NCBI RefSeq assembly: GCF_018350175.1
Contig: NC_058368.1
Coordinates: 128,714,001-128,778,000 of the forward strand
From: Felis catus
Taxonomy: Eukaryota
DNA length: 64,000 nt
Direction: 5' to 3'
This document shows, piece after piece, positions 11,843-25,090 of this stretch. The stretch's first letter is position 1; every line of letters begins with the position of its first letter. The notes under the pieces were generated by a model, which was not told the origin of the DNA, did not search any database, and saw nothing but the letters and a program-made list of their open reading frames with translations. The translations under genes and the position numbers were made by a program.

Positions 11843-12629
11843 TCTCCTCTAGGATTTTGATGGCTTCCTGTCTTACATTTAGATCTGTCATCCATTTTGA
11901 GTTTATTTTTGTGTATGGTATAAGAAAGTGGTCCAGGTTCATTCTTCTGCATGTTGCTGTCCAGTTTTCCCAACACCATTTGCTGAAGAGACTGTCTTTT
12001 TTCATTGGATATTCTTTCCTACTTTGTCAAAGATTAATTGGCCGTACATTTGTGAGTCCATTTCTGGGTTCTGTATTCTGTTCCATTGATCTGAGTGTCT
12101 GTTCTTGTGCCAGTACCATACTGTCTTGATGATTACAGCTTTGTAATACATCTTGAAGTCCAGCATTATGATGCCTCCAGCCTTAGGTTTCTTTTTCGGG
12201 ATTGTTTTGGCTATTCAGAGAAGTAACCAGATTTTTAAATAATGATGGGGAAGAACCAACCAAAAAGGAAGCATTAATAATGCAAGAGAGAGTGACCTTG
12301 AGGTGAGATGGAGTCTAGTACATATGTGAAAGAATTGGCCTTTGACAAGAGCATGGAAAGTTCATCAGTTGTAATAGCAAGAAAGTAGAGTATACAGCCA
12401 TAGATACAGATGGGCACATAGATGTGATGGTGAGAATTTGTGTAAATTCCCTTTTGATTCCTCCAGATGAAGCACAGAATGGTTAAATAACTTCCTAAGT
12501 ACAAACAGCAGCTGCAACCAAGATTTTAAACCAAAATATCTGTCCCTAAATCTTTACTCTTCATACTATATTGCCTACCTCATTGCATACTATGCATACT
12601 ATTGCGTACTATATTGCCTACCTCATTAA

Positions 12630-12948
12630 TAACCTGGCTAATTCTTACTTACTCTGAGTTTTAGAGCACACATTGAGTTCCTTTGGAACTCCTTTCTGAC
12701 CCCACCTCTCACCTCCTAGTGCTATGTGGCATGCTTCCCCCTCCCCCAATCTCACTTTATGGCTTCCCAAACATTAAACTTAAACCACTGTAGATTTTTC
12801 CATGTTACCTCATCTACCTCCTCCCCCCAGACTAAAAGACACTTTAGGTTACAGTTCTTACTGTGTTCATCATTGTAGTCTTAGGGCCTTGCTCAACACT
12901 TAACATAAAATAAGTGCAAGCTCAATCAATATCTGTTGAATGAATGAA
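12630..12948 (+). mobile_element. L2 3' end
   Basis: Ends gctcaatcaatatctgttgaatgaatgaa. Confidence 0.7.
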
Positions 12949-13248
12949 TTTTAAATTGAAAGTACATAAGGAAGAGATATTGGGGAGTTCTGCTGACTTG
13001 CTATAAATAGTCCATTTTGAAAAGAAACACACACAACAGCACACCAGAGCAATTAGTTCCAAATGTATGGAGCACTTAGACAAAGTTTTAGTTATGGGAG
13101 ATAGTATAGTGCTAGCTGTCCAACAGTCTTACAGTCTCAGGGAAGCTTTTGAGTTTCATCCATGGCTTAATGGATAGTTCTTACATAGAGCCTCTCAAAA
13201 TCTCTATCCCCATAATTCAGATGACATTTTAGCTTCTAGTTTTGTTTC

Positions 13249-13249
<1 letters not shown>

Positions 13250-13295
<46 letters not shown>
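13250..13295 (+). repeat. (TG)n microsatellite
   Basis: Read directly from the sequence. Confidence 0.97.
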
Positions 13296-13296
<1 letters not shown>

Positions 13297-13936
13297 TTGT
13301 TTTTGGTAGCTTTAAGCTTGTTTGATATTGACAGTAATAAACATTGATGAGGACCCTAAAATACATGCCAAGTAGTGGGAAGAGACAGAAAGGCCCTGAT
13401 CCAGCATTTCTTTCTGGTAGAAAGTTAAACTTTACTTATCAGACATATTTCTTAAAATATAAGAATAAAACCTCATAATAAGGTTAGGTAAAAAATTACT
13501 TTTTAGATACATTAGACTAAACCTGTCTAATTAACACAATTAATAATGAACATCTTGGTATGTGATATGCACTTGTATTGCTTTAGTATTATTAATAATT
13601 GTTTAGCATGCTTTCTTAGGTTACAGGAATTCCCCACCAAACACTTTCAAAATGAGCTTCATAAAATAATGGCCAGGACATAATTTATCCTCATCCCAGC
13701 ATCAGAAGACCTAGGTCCTTAATCATTTGGGGCAAATCATATTACCTCTGTGTTTTTCATCTGTAAAATTAAAAGGCTCTATATATGTCTGGTGTTCTAT
13801 GATTATATGACTCTAGAAGTGTTTCTAATCAACTTATGCCCCAGCCCAGCATCTGGACCTACTGTTGAACCAAATTGTTTGGCTGGGAATTACTGACAGT
13901 TCTTGGTGGTCTTCATCAGGTGATAGGATAGCTATA

Positions 13937-14260
13937 TGTATTAGTGATCCACTGCTGCATAACAAATTACCCCAAAAGTCAAAGATCTAAAATAACAAGC
14001 ATGTATTATCTCACAGTTTCTGTGGATCAGGATTCTAGGCATGGCTTACATGGATCTTCTGGCTCAATGTGTCTCACAAGGCTGCAGTCAGTGTGTTGGC
14101 CTGGGCTGCAGTCATCTCAAGACTCCTCTCAGGAATCATCCACTTGGAAGCTCATTCACATAGTTATTGTCAGGCCCTAGAGGATCTACTTCCACACTCA
14201 CTCAAATGGGTATTGCCTGGCTTCATCTTTCCTGGCTCTTTGACAGAGGGCCTTATTTCC
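13937..14260 (-). mobile_element. MaLR LTR (MLT1-type), partial
   Basis: tgtattag...ctgctgcataacaaattacccc...ttatctcacagtttctgtggatcagga. Confidence 0.8.
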
Positions 14261-14261
14261 T

Positions 14262-15532
14262 TGATAACTGTAGCTTTATAGTTCTTGATATCAGGTAATG
14301 TTAGTCTTACAACCTAATTATTCTTTTTTTGAAGATGTTTTGGCTATCCTATGTCCTTTGCATTTTCAAATGCATTTTAAAATGATCTTGGTAATTTTTG
14401 CAAAAATTCCTCCTAGGATGTTGGTTGGGATTGTGCTGAACCTATAGATCACTTTGCAAAGAACTTCTGACCCCTGAACATTATATTTCTCTTTATTTAA
14501 TTTGGGCCTTCTTTAATTTCTAAATGATAATTTTTTAATGTCAATTTTTGATTGTTCATCATTATTATTATATAAATATGCAATTGGTATTTGTATATTG
14601 ATCTTATATTCTATGACTTTTCTAAGCTCAGTTATTAGTTATAATAGCTTTTTTGTCAATTTAATCAGATTTTATACCTAGAAGATCATGTTGTCTATGA
14701 TTAAAGACATTTTTTCTTTCTTTCCAACCTGGATGCCTTTCATTTTTTAAATCTTATCTGCTTGCACTGACTAGGATTTCCAGTATACTGTTGATTAGAA
14801 GGAATGAGAATGGACATTCTTTCCTTGTTCCTGATATAGTATTCTTTTTATACATTGTTGATTGGTTTATCTAAACTTCTGTTTAATGTTTTTATATCAG
14901 GGTTCTTGAGGGATATTGGTTAGTAATTTTTTTTTTCTTGTAACATCATTGCTTGGTTTTGGTGTCAGGATAATGCTGGTCTCATGAAATTAGTTTGGAT
15001 ATATTCCTTCTTCAATATCCTGCAAAACTTTATGTAAAGTTAAAATTATTTTAAATTTTTTTTAAGGTTTATTTTTGAGAGAGAGAGAGAGTGCACATGT
15101 AAGTGGGGGAGGAGAAGAAAGAGAGAGATACAGAATCTGAAGCAGGCTTCAGTCTCTGAGCTGTCAGCACAGGGCCTGATGCAGGACTCAGACCTATGAA
15201 CTGTGAGATCATGACCTGAGCCAAAGTCGGACCCTTAAGTGACTAAGCCACCCAGGTGCCTTGAGTTAAAATTACTTTTAAAAATATTTGATAGACTTTG
15301 CTATTGAAGCCATCGGGGCCTGGACTTTTCAACTACAAATTAAATTTATTATATTCAGGATAGTCAGGGTGTCTGTATCTTCTTGAATGACCTTTGGTAG
15401 CTTGTTTCTTTTAAAGGGTCTGTCCATTTCATCTAAGTTTCCAAATGTTTTGCATAAAACTGACCATAATATGTCCTTATCATCCTTTTAATATCTTTAC
15501 AGTCTATAGTGATGTCACATCTGTCATTCCTA
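14262..15532 (-). mobile_element. Old L1M ORF2 fragment
   Basis: ctgtagctttatag..., ttggctatcct...ctttgcatttt and ggttttggtgtcaggataatgctgg are L1 antisense blocks. Confidence 0.8.
15050..15261 (-). mobile_element. CanSINE nested in L1
   Basis: TSD gttaaaatta. Confidence 0.93.
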
Positions 15533-15534
15533 GC

Positions 15535-15937
15535 TGTTATGGCTGAATTGTGTCCCTCCAAATTCTATGTTGAAGCCTTAACCCCAGCACCTCAGACTAT
15601 ATTTGAATACTGCATTTGGAGATAGGGTCTTCAAAGAGGTAGTTAAGTTAAAGTAAGGTTTTTAGGATGGGTCTTAATCCAATATGACTGGCATCCTTAT
15701 AAGAAGAGGGGATTAGGACACATATATATACAGAGGGAATAACATGTGAAGACACAGGGAAAATACAGCCATCTGTAAGCTGAGGGGAGAAACCTCAGAA
15801 GAAACTGACCTTGCTAACACCTTGATCTTAGACTTCTACCTTCCAGAATTGTGAAAAAATAAAAATAAATTCCTATTGTTTAATTGCCACTGAATCTTTG
15901 ACACTTTACTTGGCTCTCGCAGCCCTGAAACTAAACA
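15535..15937 (+). mobile_element. MaLR solo LTR (MLT1B-like)
   Basis: tgttatggctgaattgtgtccc...ttcaaagaggtagttaagttaa...taatccaatatgactggcatccttataagaagagg...gcagccctgaaactaaaca. Confidence 0.85.
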
Positions 15938-16454
15938 GCAAAATAATATATTAGTATTGAGTATGTTTATGATTGAATTTCATTTCCTACTGTGGGTTAT
16001 CAACTGTATCTCTGTTTTGTTACTTGCATGTCTGCTTTTGGTTTTGTAGACCATATCTTGACCATATCTATCTTTATATGATGTTCGCACTTCATATAGA
16101 GTATAAGAACCTTACGAAGGTGTACTGCCATTTCTCCCTTCCAAGATTTCTGTTTTTGTCATATATTTCAGTTCTACATGTTAGAAACTGCACACTACAT
16201 CATTATTTTTATTTAAATAGTGAACTAACATTTAGATAGACTTAATCAAAAGAAAAATATGACATATTTAATTCATATTTTTACCATTTCTAATGCTCTT
16301 TATTCCTTTTTTGTAGATCCCGATTTCTATCTGCAATCATTTTCCTTTAGTATCTATGCCTTCCTTTAACATTTCTTTATATGTAAGTCTACTGGCATTA
16401 AATTCTCTCAGCTTTCATATGTCTGAAATATATTTTTAAAGGTATTTCTCTGGT

Positions 16455-16568
16455 GGGGCACCTGGCTGACTCAGTTGGTGGAGTATGTGACTCTTGATCT
16501 TGGGGTCGTGAGTTCGAGCCCCATGTTGGGTGTAGAGATTACTTAAAAAATAAAATATATAAAAAAAA
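16455..16568 (+). mobile_element. Short tRNA-derived carnivore SINE (SINEC_c-like)
   Basis: tRNA-like head, gtgtagagattacttaaaaaataaaat tail, TSD aaag(g/a)tatttctctggt. Confidence 0.88.
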
Positions 16569-17958
16569 AGATATTTCTCTGGTTCTAATGTTCTAGGTTG
16601 ATAGGGTTTTTTTTTCCTTTCAGTAGTTTAAAGCTACTTTACATGCTTTTTTTGTCAAGAAATCTGTTGTCCTGCTTTTCTTTATCCCTTTGTATGTAAC
16701 ATCTATTTTTTTTTCTTCTGGTTGTTTCCAAGTTACTCTTTTTTAAACTGGTTTTCAGCCATTTGATTATGATGTGCCATCATATAGTCTCTTTTGTGCT
16801 TGAAGTTTCGTGAGCTTCTTAGCCTTATGGATTTATAGTTTCCTTTAAATTTAGAAAAATTTCGGCAATTATTTCTTCAAATACTTTTCTTTGAGTCTCT
16901 TTCCATCCTTCCTTTTGGGAACTCCACTTACAATATTAGGCTATTTGAAGTTGTCTCACAGTTCACAAATGCTCTGTTCATTTGCGGAGGCTTTTACTCT
17001 TTGAGTTTTATTTTGTATGGTTTCTCTTATTGTACCTTCAAGTTCACTGATCTTTTCTTTTACGGTGTCAAATTCCTACCAATCCATCCAGAGTATTCCT
17101 CGTTTCAGGCATTGTAGTTTTCGTCTGAACAAGTTTGATAAGGGTCTGTTTTATATCCTCCATGTTTCTACTTAACCTCTTCAATCTGTCCTCTCTCTTT
17201 TTGAACATATGGAGTACAGTTATAACTGTTTTAATGTTCTTGTCTGCTAATTCTACCATCTGTGTCTGTTTTTAGTTGGTTAGTTGTTTTTTTTTTTCTC
17301 TTCATTATGGGAAGTATTTTTCTGCTTCTTTGTTTGCTTTGCAGTTTCTGATTGGATGTCAGGCATTTTAAATTTTTGCCTAGTTGAATACTAGATATTT
17401 TTATATTCCTATCTATATTATTGAGCTTTGTTCTGAGACACAGTTAAGTTACTTGGAAACAGTTTGATCCTTTCAGGGATAATCTTTCAAGATTTGTTAG
17501 GTAGGACTGGAATGGAATTTAATCTAGAACTATAATTCTGTATTGTTGATGCAAGTTGTTGCTGAGCACTCTCCTCTGCCCTGTCAATCATGAGGTTTTC
17601 CACTCTGGGTGGTGGAAATTAACATCACTCTTGCTCCTGTGTAAAATATTAATACTGTTCCTTCTGATCTTTTCAGGTGGTTCTTTTCCTGGTCTTAGAA
17701 GTTTTTCACTCACCTGAACTCATTAGTGCTCTGCTGAATACTTGATAGCGGCCCCCCCACCAGTCTCCAGAGTTTGCTCTCTTTGAAGCTGTCTCCTGTC
17801 TGATAGTCTATCCTGTGAATTTTAGTCACTTTGGTCTCCCTAGACTCCCAGCTCCATTTCCATAACATAAGTAGTATTGTGGATTTTAGCAGGATCCCCT
17901 CCCCATGCAACAGCCTGGAAACTCTCAAAGGAGTAAGTGAGGCAATTGTAAGGGTAAC

Positions 17959-17997
17959 GTTTGTTTGTTTGTTTGTTTGTTTGTTTGTTTGTTTGTT
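17959..17997 (+). repeat. (GTTT)n microsatellite
   Basis: Read directly from the sequence. Confidence 0.95.
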
Positions 17998-19772
17998 TTT
18001 TAACATTCTGAAGAGATCACTGTATTTCATTACTTGATGTCCACTGTTTTGAAAATTGTTGTTTCATGTAATTTGTTTCTCTTGTTCCATCTTGGCTAGA
18101 AGCAGAAGGCTGCTTTCTTTCAATTCGCTTAATGCATTTGAAATCCATTTATATATTTACATGAATCAGCAGTTTATTCCTTATTATTGCTGAGTAGAAT
18201 TTTATCATATTGATATACCAACTTACCCATTCACCAGCTGCAGGACATTTGGGTTGTTTACACTTTACAGCAATTATAAGCGGAACCACTATATAAATTA
18301 ATATTCCTATTTAAGTATAAATATTTGAAAATGAATTTTCATTTCATTCAGGTAATCATTTCATTCAGGTGGCATTTCTAAGTCATGTGGTAAGAATAAA
18401 TTCAACTTAAGCTGCTAAACTGGTTTTTAACGTCTATACCATTTAGCTTTCCCCTTAATACTACGTGAAAAGCTACAGAGGCTCCTCATCTTCCCTAGCC
18501 TTTAGTGTTGTCAGTGTTACTAGATTTGTGTTGTAGTGTCTCACTGTGGTTTTAATTTTTATTTCTCTAGTGACTGGTCATGCTAATCATCTTTCATGAT
18601 ATTTGCCATCTGTATATCTTCCTTGCTATAGCGTATGTTCGTATCTTTTTGCCGACAAATTTTTTATTTGGTTGGGTTTTTTTTCTAATTGTTTACCTTG
18701 GAGGGTTCCTTACATATGCTCAATACAATTCTGCATATATGTGATTTGCAAATATTTTTTCCCAGTCTGTGACTTGTTTTTCAATTCTTTTGACAGTGCC
18801 CCTTAGAGAGCACACATTCATAATTGTAATGAAGTCAATTCATCATTTTTTTTCTTTTATGTATCATCATTTTGGTGTTACAAGAAAATTTTGCTTAACC
18901 CAAGGTCATGAATATTTTCTCCTGTGGTTTCTCCTAAAATTTTATGGTTTGGGGCTTTATATCTACATCAGTGATCATTTTGAATCTATTTTTTGTGAAT
19001 GGTATAAATACAATTTCATTTATATGGATATCCACTTTTTTCCAGTATTATTTTTTATCGTGTTAAAATGCACATAGCATAAAATATACCATCTTACCCA
19101 TTTTTAAGTGTACAGTTCAATGATATTAAATACATTGACCTTACTGTGTAGCCACTACTAACATCTATCTTCATATCTTTTCGTCTCATAAAACCAACTC
19201 TATACCATTAAGCAATAATTCTCCCATTCTTCCTTAACCTTACCCAGCCCCTGGCAACCATCATTATACTCTGACTTTATGATTTTGATTACTCTCCCAG
19301 AACTATTTTTGAAATGGCCATCCTTTTCTCACTGTTTTTGCACCTATGTCAAAAATAGGTTTCTATATAGGTGTGGTCTATTTCTGTCTTCTCTATTCTG
19401 TCCATGGATCTATGTCTGTCCATTTCTCAATGCCACACTGACTTGATTACTGAGACTTTGTAGTAAGTGTTGAAATAGGTAAGTTGAATTCTCCAACCTC
19501 TTTTTCAAAATTGTTTTGGATACATTGTTTTGGATACCTTGGACCCTTTTGTGAGTATATATGACTTTTAGTATCAACTTATCAATTGCTACCCAAAAAT
19601 CCTTCCAGAATTTTTACTGGGAATGCATTGAATTTATAGATCAGTTTGGAGAGGATTGAGCCTTCTATGAACACAGCATATTCTCTCCTTAGGTCTTCCT
19701 TCATTGTGTCATCTGTAGTTTTTAGCTTATAGATCTTGCACATATTTTATTAAAATAAAACCTAAGTGCTCC

Positions 19773-19972
19773 TTTTTTAATACTAGAAAGCTTAGCATTT
19801 ATTCATTAAAGCACACAGGAAATCAACTCAATTCAAATAAAATGATATTGTACTAGGATTCCAGCTTACTCTTTGGCTATGTGTTTATGGGAATAGCAAG
19901 ATCTGGATACAAAGCACAGACAGACACTGCCATCAGACACAGATGAAAGCTACACACATTATAGCAGCTGTT
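19773..19972 (-). pseudogene. Candidate 5'-truncated retrocopy of an mRNA 3' end inserted into L1
   Basis: Non-L1 sequence. On the - strand, AATAAA (19798-19803) lies 19 nt before an A6 remnant. Degenerate flanking duplication cctaa(g/a)tg(c/t)t. Confidence 0.45.
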
Positions 19973-20250
19973 CCTAAATGTTAATTTTTAGGGGCTATTG
20001 CTAATTGTTTTTTATTTCAACTTCACATTATTCATTGATAATACATAGAAATACAATTGATTTTTGTATATCAACTATGTATGTACTTTACCCAACTTTG
20101 CTAAACTCATTTATTTTAGTTTATATTTGGGGGATCGTCTACATAAACAATTTGTATTCTTTCTATTTACTCTATTCTAATGTATTTTTTTCTTGCCTTC
20201 CTTTCCTGACAAGGACCTCCATGACATTGATGATTAGAAATACTGAAAGT

Positions 20251-20470
20251 GGGAACGCCTGGGTGGTTCATTCAGTTAAGCATCCAACTCTTGGTGTCAG
20301 CTCAAGTCATGATCTCATGATTCATGAGTTTGAGCCCCACATCTGGCTCTGTGCTGACAGTGTAGAGCCTGCTTGGGATTCTCTCTCACGCTCTCTCTGT
20401 CCCTCCCCTGCTTGCTCTCTATTTCTCTGTCTCCAAATAAATAAATAAACATTTCAAAACGTAAGTAAAA
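20251..20470 (+). mobile_element. CanSINE
   Basis: gggaacgcctgggtgg head and aataaataaa tail. Confidence 0.92.
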
Positions 20471-20744
20471 AAATAGTGAAAATGAACAGTCTTGCCTTTT
20501 TCTTAATCTTAGAGGGAAAGCATTCAGTTTCTCGCTATTAAATTTAATGTTAGCCAGAAATTTTTATGTAGATGCTTTCCATCAGATCAAGAAAACTCTC
20601 TTTTCTTCCTAGATTGCTGGAAGTTTTTATTATGATTGATGTTGGATTTTCTCTTTTTTTCTGCATTTATTGGCTTGAATTTTATTGTTATTCTTCATTC
20701 TATTAACATAGTTGATTACATTGATTTTCTTTTTATTATCTCTG

Positions 20745-21248
20745 GCTTTTTTATTGTGATAAAAGATACATGACATAAAAAGTTCCATTTTTGCCATTTT
20801 TAAGCACATAGCTCAGTGGCTTTAGGCACATTGACACTGTTGTCATTGTCAACACCATCTCCAGAACTTTTCATCTTCCTAAACTGAAGGTCTTTACCCA
20901 TGACACAGTGAGTTCCCATTCCCTCCTCCCCCCTCCACCATGCCTGACAACCACCATTCTACTTTCTGTGTCTATGAATTTGACTACTCTAGGTATCTCA
21001 TATAAATGGAATCATACAGTATTTGTTGTTTTGAGTCTGGCTTATTTCACTTAGTATAATGTCTTCAAGGTTTATTTATGCTTTAGCATCTATCAGAATT
21101 TCATTCCTTTCTCAAGGTGAATAACATTCCATTTTCTCCATATACCAGACTTTGTTCATTTGTTCATCCATCGATGGATCTCTGGATTATTTCCACCTTT
21201 GGGCTATTGAGTAATGCTGCTGTGAACATGGCTGTACAAATACCTGTA
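20745..21248 (-). mobile_element. L1MB-like 3' end
   Basis: caaccaccattctactttctgtgtctatgaatttgactactctagg...atggaatcatacagtatttg. Confidence 0.85.
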
Positions 21249-21704
21249 GATTTAAACCTAATTATGTAAATAATTGTGGTAAACATCAATGGTCTAAAAT
21301 CTCCATGTAAAAGGTTGAAATTGTAAGAATTATGTAGAAGACAACTATGTGTATCAAACAGTGTAACCTAGTTGACAATTATAGAACATTACCCTGAGAA
21401 ATTGTAGAATTCATTTTTTTTCATTTTATTCACCTTGATAGGTCATAAACTCTTGCCAAAAATTTTGGAGGTGGGAATACTTACTTATCTACTCATTGTG
21501 TGAGGCCAGGTTTACCCTGATACCAACTCTTGTCAGAGACAATAAAGAAAAGAATGCTATAATATCTGACATAATCATAGATGCAGAAATCATTAACAAA
21601 ATATTAGCAGACTGCATCCAGCAGTATATAAAAAAGGGCAATATGCCATAATGATGTGGAATTTATCCCAGTAATATAAGTTGGTTTAACATTTAAAGAT
21701 CAAC

Positions 21705-21890
21705 ATCGCCCCATTTCCCCCATCTCCCACCCCTGGTAGCCACCTACATTCCACATAAAAATGAGATCATGCAGTATTTTTCTTTCCATATCTAGCTTAT
21801 TTCATTTATCATGTCTTCCAGATTCATCTGATATTGTCAAAGATGGCAGGACATTCTTCTTTTAAGACTGAATAATATATTCCATTGTAA

Positions 21891-21942
<52 letters not shown>

Positions 21943-22530
21943 CATTCTTCCATCAATGGACATTAAAGTTGTTTCCATATCTTGGCTATTGCCAATAATG
22001 CTGCAGAGAACATGGGAGCACAGATATCTCTTCAAAATAATGATTTCATTTCCTTTGGATATGTATCCAGAAGAGGGATTTCTGGATCATATGGTAGTTC
22101 TAGTTTTAATTTTTTGAGGTAACTCCATACTATTTTCCATACTGGCTGTATCAGTTTACATTCCCACCGAGCAGTACATAGGGTTTTCTTTTCTCCACAT
22201 CCTTACCAACACTTATTATCCTTTGTCTTTTTTGTTAAAACTATTTATTTATTCATTCATTCATTCATTTGCTTATTTATTTACTTGAGAGAGAGAGAGC
22301 AGGGGAGGGGCAGAGAGAGGGAGAGAAAGAATCCTAAGCAGGCTTCCCACTTAGCACAGAGCCAGACGTGAGGCTCAAGTCCACAGTCCTGTGACCACGA
22401 CTTGAGCTGAAATCAAGAGACCCTCCCCTGACTGAGCCACCCAGGCACCTCTATTCTTTGTCTTTTGATAATAGCCGTCCTAACCAGGTATGAGATGGTA
22501 TCTCACTATGCATTTCATTTGCATTTATAT
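21705..22530 (-). mobile_element. L1MA-like 3' end containing (CA)n at 21893-21938 and a SINE at 22242-22450
   Basis: gagatcatgcagtattt..., ccatatcttggctattg and ggatcatatggtagttcta. Confidence 0.85.
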
Positions 22531-23266
22531 TCAACTTTTAACAAAGAAGAAAAATCATAAGTTCATGTTAGTACAGAAAAAATATTTGACAAAATTCACC
22601 ATACATTCATGATTAAAAACTCTCTACACACGTGAACTGGGAAGTTCCTCAACCTAATAAAGCATATTAAGAGGAAAAAGCACTTACAAGTAACCAACCT
22701 CATATTCAATAGTAAAAGAACACTGTCCAAAATTTGGAACAAAACAAGGGTATCCTCACTTTTTATTTTATATTATCCTGGAAAATTCAAGTAAGTGCAA
22801 TAAGGCTAGAAAAAGAAATAAAATGAGTTCAGATAGGAAATGACAAAGTAAAAGCCTCTTCACAGATGACATAATTGAGCATAAAGAAAACCTCAAAAAA
22901 TCTATAAAATAATGAATTTAGTAAGTTTTCAAGATATAAGGGCAATATGTTAAGACCACTTATCTATCTACATTTTATTACCAAACAATTGCTAAATGAA
23001 TTTTTTGATTCTGTCACTTAAAATGCCATTAAAAACATGAAGTATTTAGGGATAAAGTTACAAAAATATGTCTCTACAACCTGTACATGGAAAAATGTAA
23101 AATATTCCTAAGAGAAAGGAAACCTAAATAAGTGGAGAGATACACATTTTTTGTGGTTCCGAAGTCAATAGTTAAAAGATTTTATTTGGCTAAATTTGAT
23201 CTGTACATTTAGTGCATCCCAAGTCAAGATACTAGTAAATTTTTCTTTTTAAAATTAACATGCTGA

Positions 23267-23485
23267 GGGGCGCCTGGATGCCTCAGTCGGCTAAGCGGCC
23301 GACTTCGGCTCAGGTCATGATTTCGTGGTCCGTGAGTTCAAGCCCTACGTCGGGCTCTGTGCTGACAGCTCAGAGCCTGGAGCCTGTTTCAGATTGTGTG
23401 TCTCCCTCTCTCTGACCCCCCCCTCATTCATGCTCTGTCTCTCTGTCTAAAAAATAAATAAACGTTAAAAAAAAATTAAAACAAA
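23267..23485 (+). mobile_element. CanSINE
   Basis: TSD aaaattaacatgctga. Confidence 0.95.
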
Positions 23486-23554
23486 AAATTAACATGCTGA
23501 TCCTAAATTTTGTATTAAAATGTAAAAGGATCTAGGATACCTAAAACACTTTTT

Positions 23555-24089
23555 TTCCTTTCAAATTTTTATTTAAATTCTAGTTAGTTAACATACCATG
23601 TAATATTAGTTTCAGGTGTACAATTTAATGATTCATCACTTACATACAACACCCAGTCCTCATCACAACAAGTGCCCTCCTTAATCCTCATCACCTATGT
23701 AACTCCTCCCCCGGCCCACCTCCCCCCGCCCCGTAACCAGTTTGTTCTCTATAGTTAAGACTCTTTCTTGATTGCCTCTCTTTTTTCCCTATGTTCATTT
23801 GTTTTGTTTCTTAAATTTCCACAAATGAGTGAAATCATATGGTATTTTTCTTTCTCTTATTTTGCTTAGCATAATGCTCTAGTTCCATCCATATCCTTGC
23901 AAATGGCAACATTTCATTCTTTTTGATGGCTGAGAATTGTGTCAATTATTGATAATGCTGCTGAAAACATTGGGGTGTGTGTATTCCTTTGGGTCAATAT
24001 TTTTATATCCTTTGGGTAAATACCTAGTAGTGCAATTGTTGGATCATGGGGTAGTTCCATTTTTAACTTTTTGAGGAATCTCCATACTG
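23555..24089 (-). mobile_element. Carnivore L1 3' end
   Basis: 15-nt TSD cctaaaacacttttt (23540-23554 and 24090-24104); 3' UTR resembles the L1 at 10429. Confidence 0.92.
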
Positions 24090-25090
24090 CCTAAAACACT
24101 TTTTAAAAAGAACAGGGTTGGAGGATTTAACTTTAAAAAGCTACATTTTTCAAGACAGTTTAATACCACTATAATGATAGATATAAAATTAATGGAATCA
24201 AACTGAGAGTCCAGAAGTGTCCCTACATTTATATGGTCATTTGAGTTTTCAATGGGAAAAGGAAATTCTTTTCAACTACTGTTAAATAGTTGGATTTCCA
24301 TATGAAAAAAAATAAACTTTGATCTTTACCTCATATTAAATCTAAAACTTAAATTGAAATTGATCACAGACCTAAATGTGAAAGTTAAAGCTTTTAGAAG
24401 AAAACATTGGACTAAATCTTTCTATCATGGCATAGTCAAAGAATTATATAGGACACCAAATATAAAAGAAAAAATTTGATAAGTTGGACTTCATCAAAAA
24501 ATTTTAAACCCTCTTTTTTAACAGATAACTCTGAACGAATGAAAAGATGGATGAAGAGAAAATTTGTGATACATATGTGACATAAAACTTGTATCCAGAA
24601 TATGTAAAGAACTCTCACAACCCAATAATAGGACTAGCATCAGAAGTTAAAAAGAAGATATGTAACATCATTAGTTATCAAGGAATACAAATTAAAACCA
24701 TAGTGAAGTACCACTACATACCACTGACTCACTAGAATTTAAAAGATTAACAATACAAAGTGTTAATGAGGATGTAAAGCACCTGAAATGTACATAAATG
24801 TTTGGCCAATGTGTAAATGGTACATCTGCTTTGGGAAATAGCTTATTCTTTATAAACTTAAACACACTCTTACACTATAACCTGGAAATCTGCTGGGTAT
24901 TAACCCAGAGATATAAAAACGTAGTCTACCCAAAAACTTACTGAAAGTTTTCATAGCAGCTTTATTCATAAAAGCCCAAATTGAAAGTTCCCCAAACACC
25001 CAACAAAAATCAGTGGATAAACACATTGTCATTTTCTATATAGTGGAATACGACACAGGAATAAAAAGAATGAACTGCTGCTGTGCTTGC

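Larger units (their letters stand above)
10429..12217 (-). mobile_element. 5'-truncated carnivore L1 (ORF2 C-terminus plus 3' UTR)
   Basis: ORF track pieces [22 protein letters not shown] and [13 protein letters not shown]...[12 protein letters not shown] are L1 ORF2. TSD gagaagtaacca at 10414-10425 and 12218-12229. Confidence 0.95.
15950..18110 (-). mobile_element. Old L1 (L1MC/ME-like) 5' region and ORF1
   Basis: ORF 17068-17259 (MVELADKNIKTVI...LDGL) resembles the ORF1 coiled coil; attatttcttcaaata block is present. Confidence 0.7.
18110..20730 (-). mobile_element. Old L1ME-like 3' end and ORF2, with an L1MB-like 3' end nested at ~19050-19300
   Basis: ttattgctgagtag..., ggacatttgggttg, tcactgtggttttaatt, ttgcaaatattttttcccagtctgtg and cttagagggaaagcattcagt. 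Confidence 0.8.

Noticed and set aside
10672..12129. ORFs with clear protein-like sequence
   Set aside because: Frameshifted L1 ORF2 C-terminal pieces of a 5'-truncated element split by a SINE.
16455..16530. tRNA-like sequence with A and B boxes
   Set aside because: It is the head of a tRNA-derived SINE with an A tail and TSD, not a tRNA gene.
20005..20448. Longest ORF (147 aa)
   Set aside because: Antisense L1 sequence running into a SINE.
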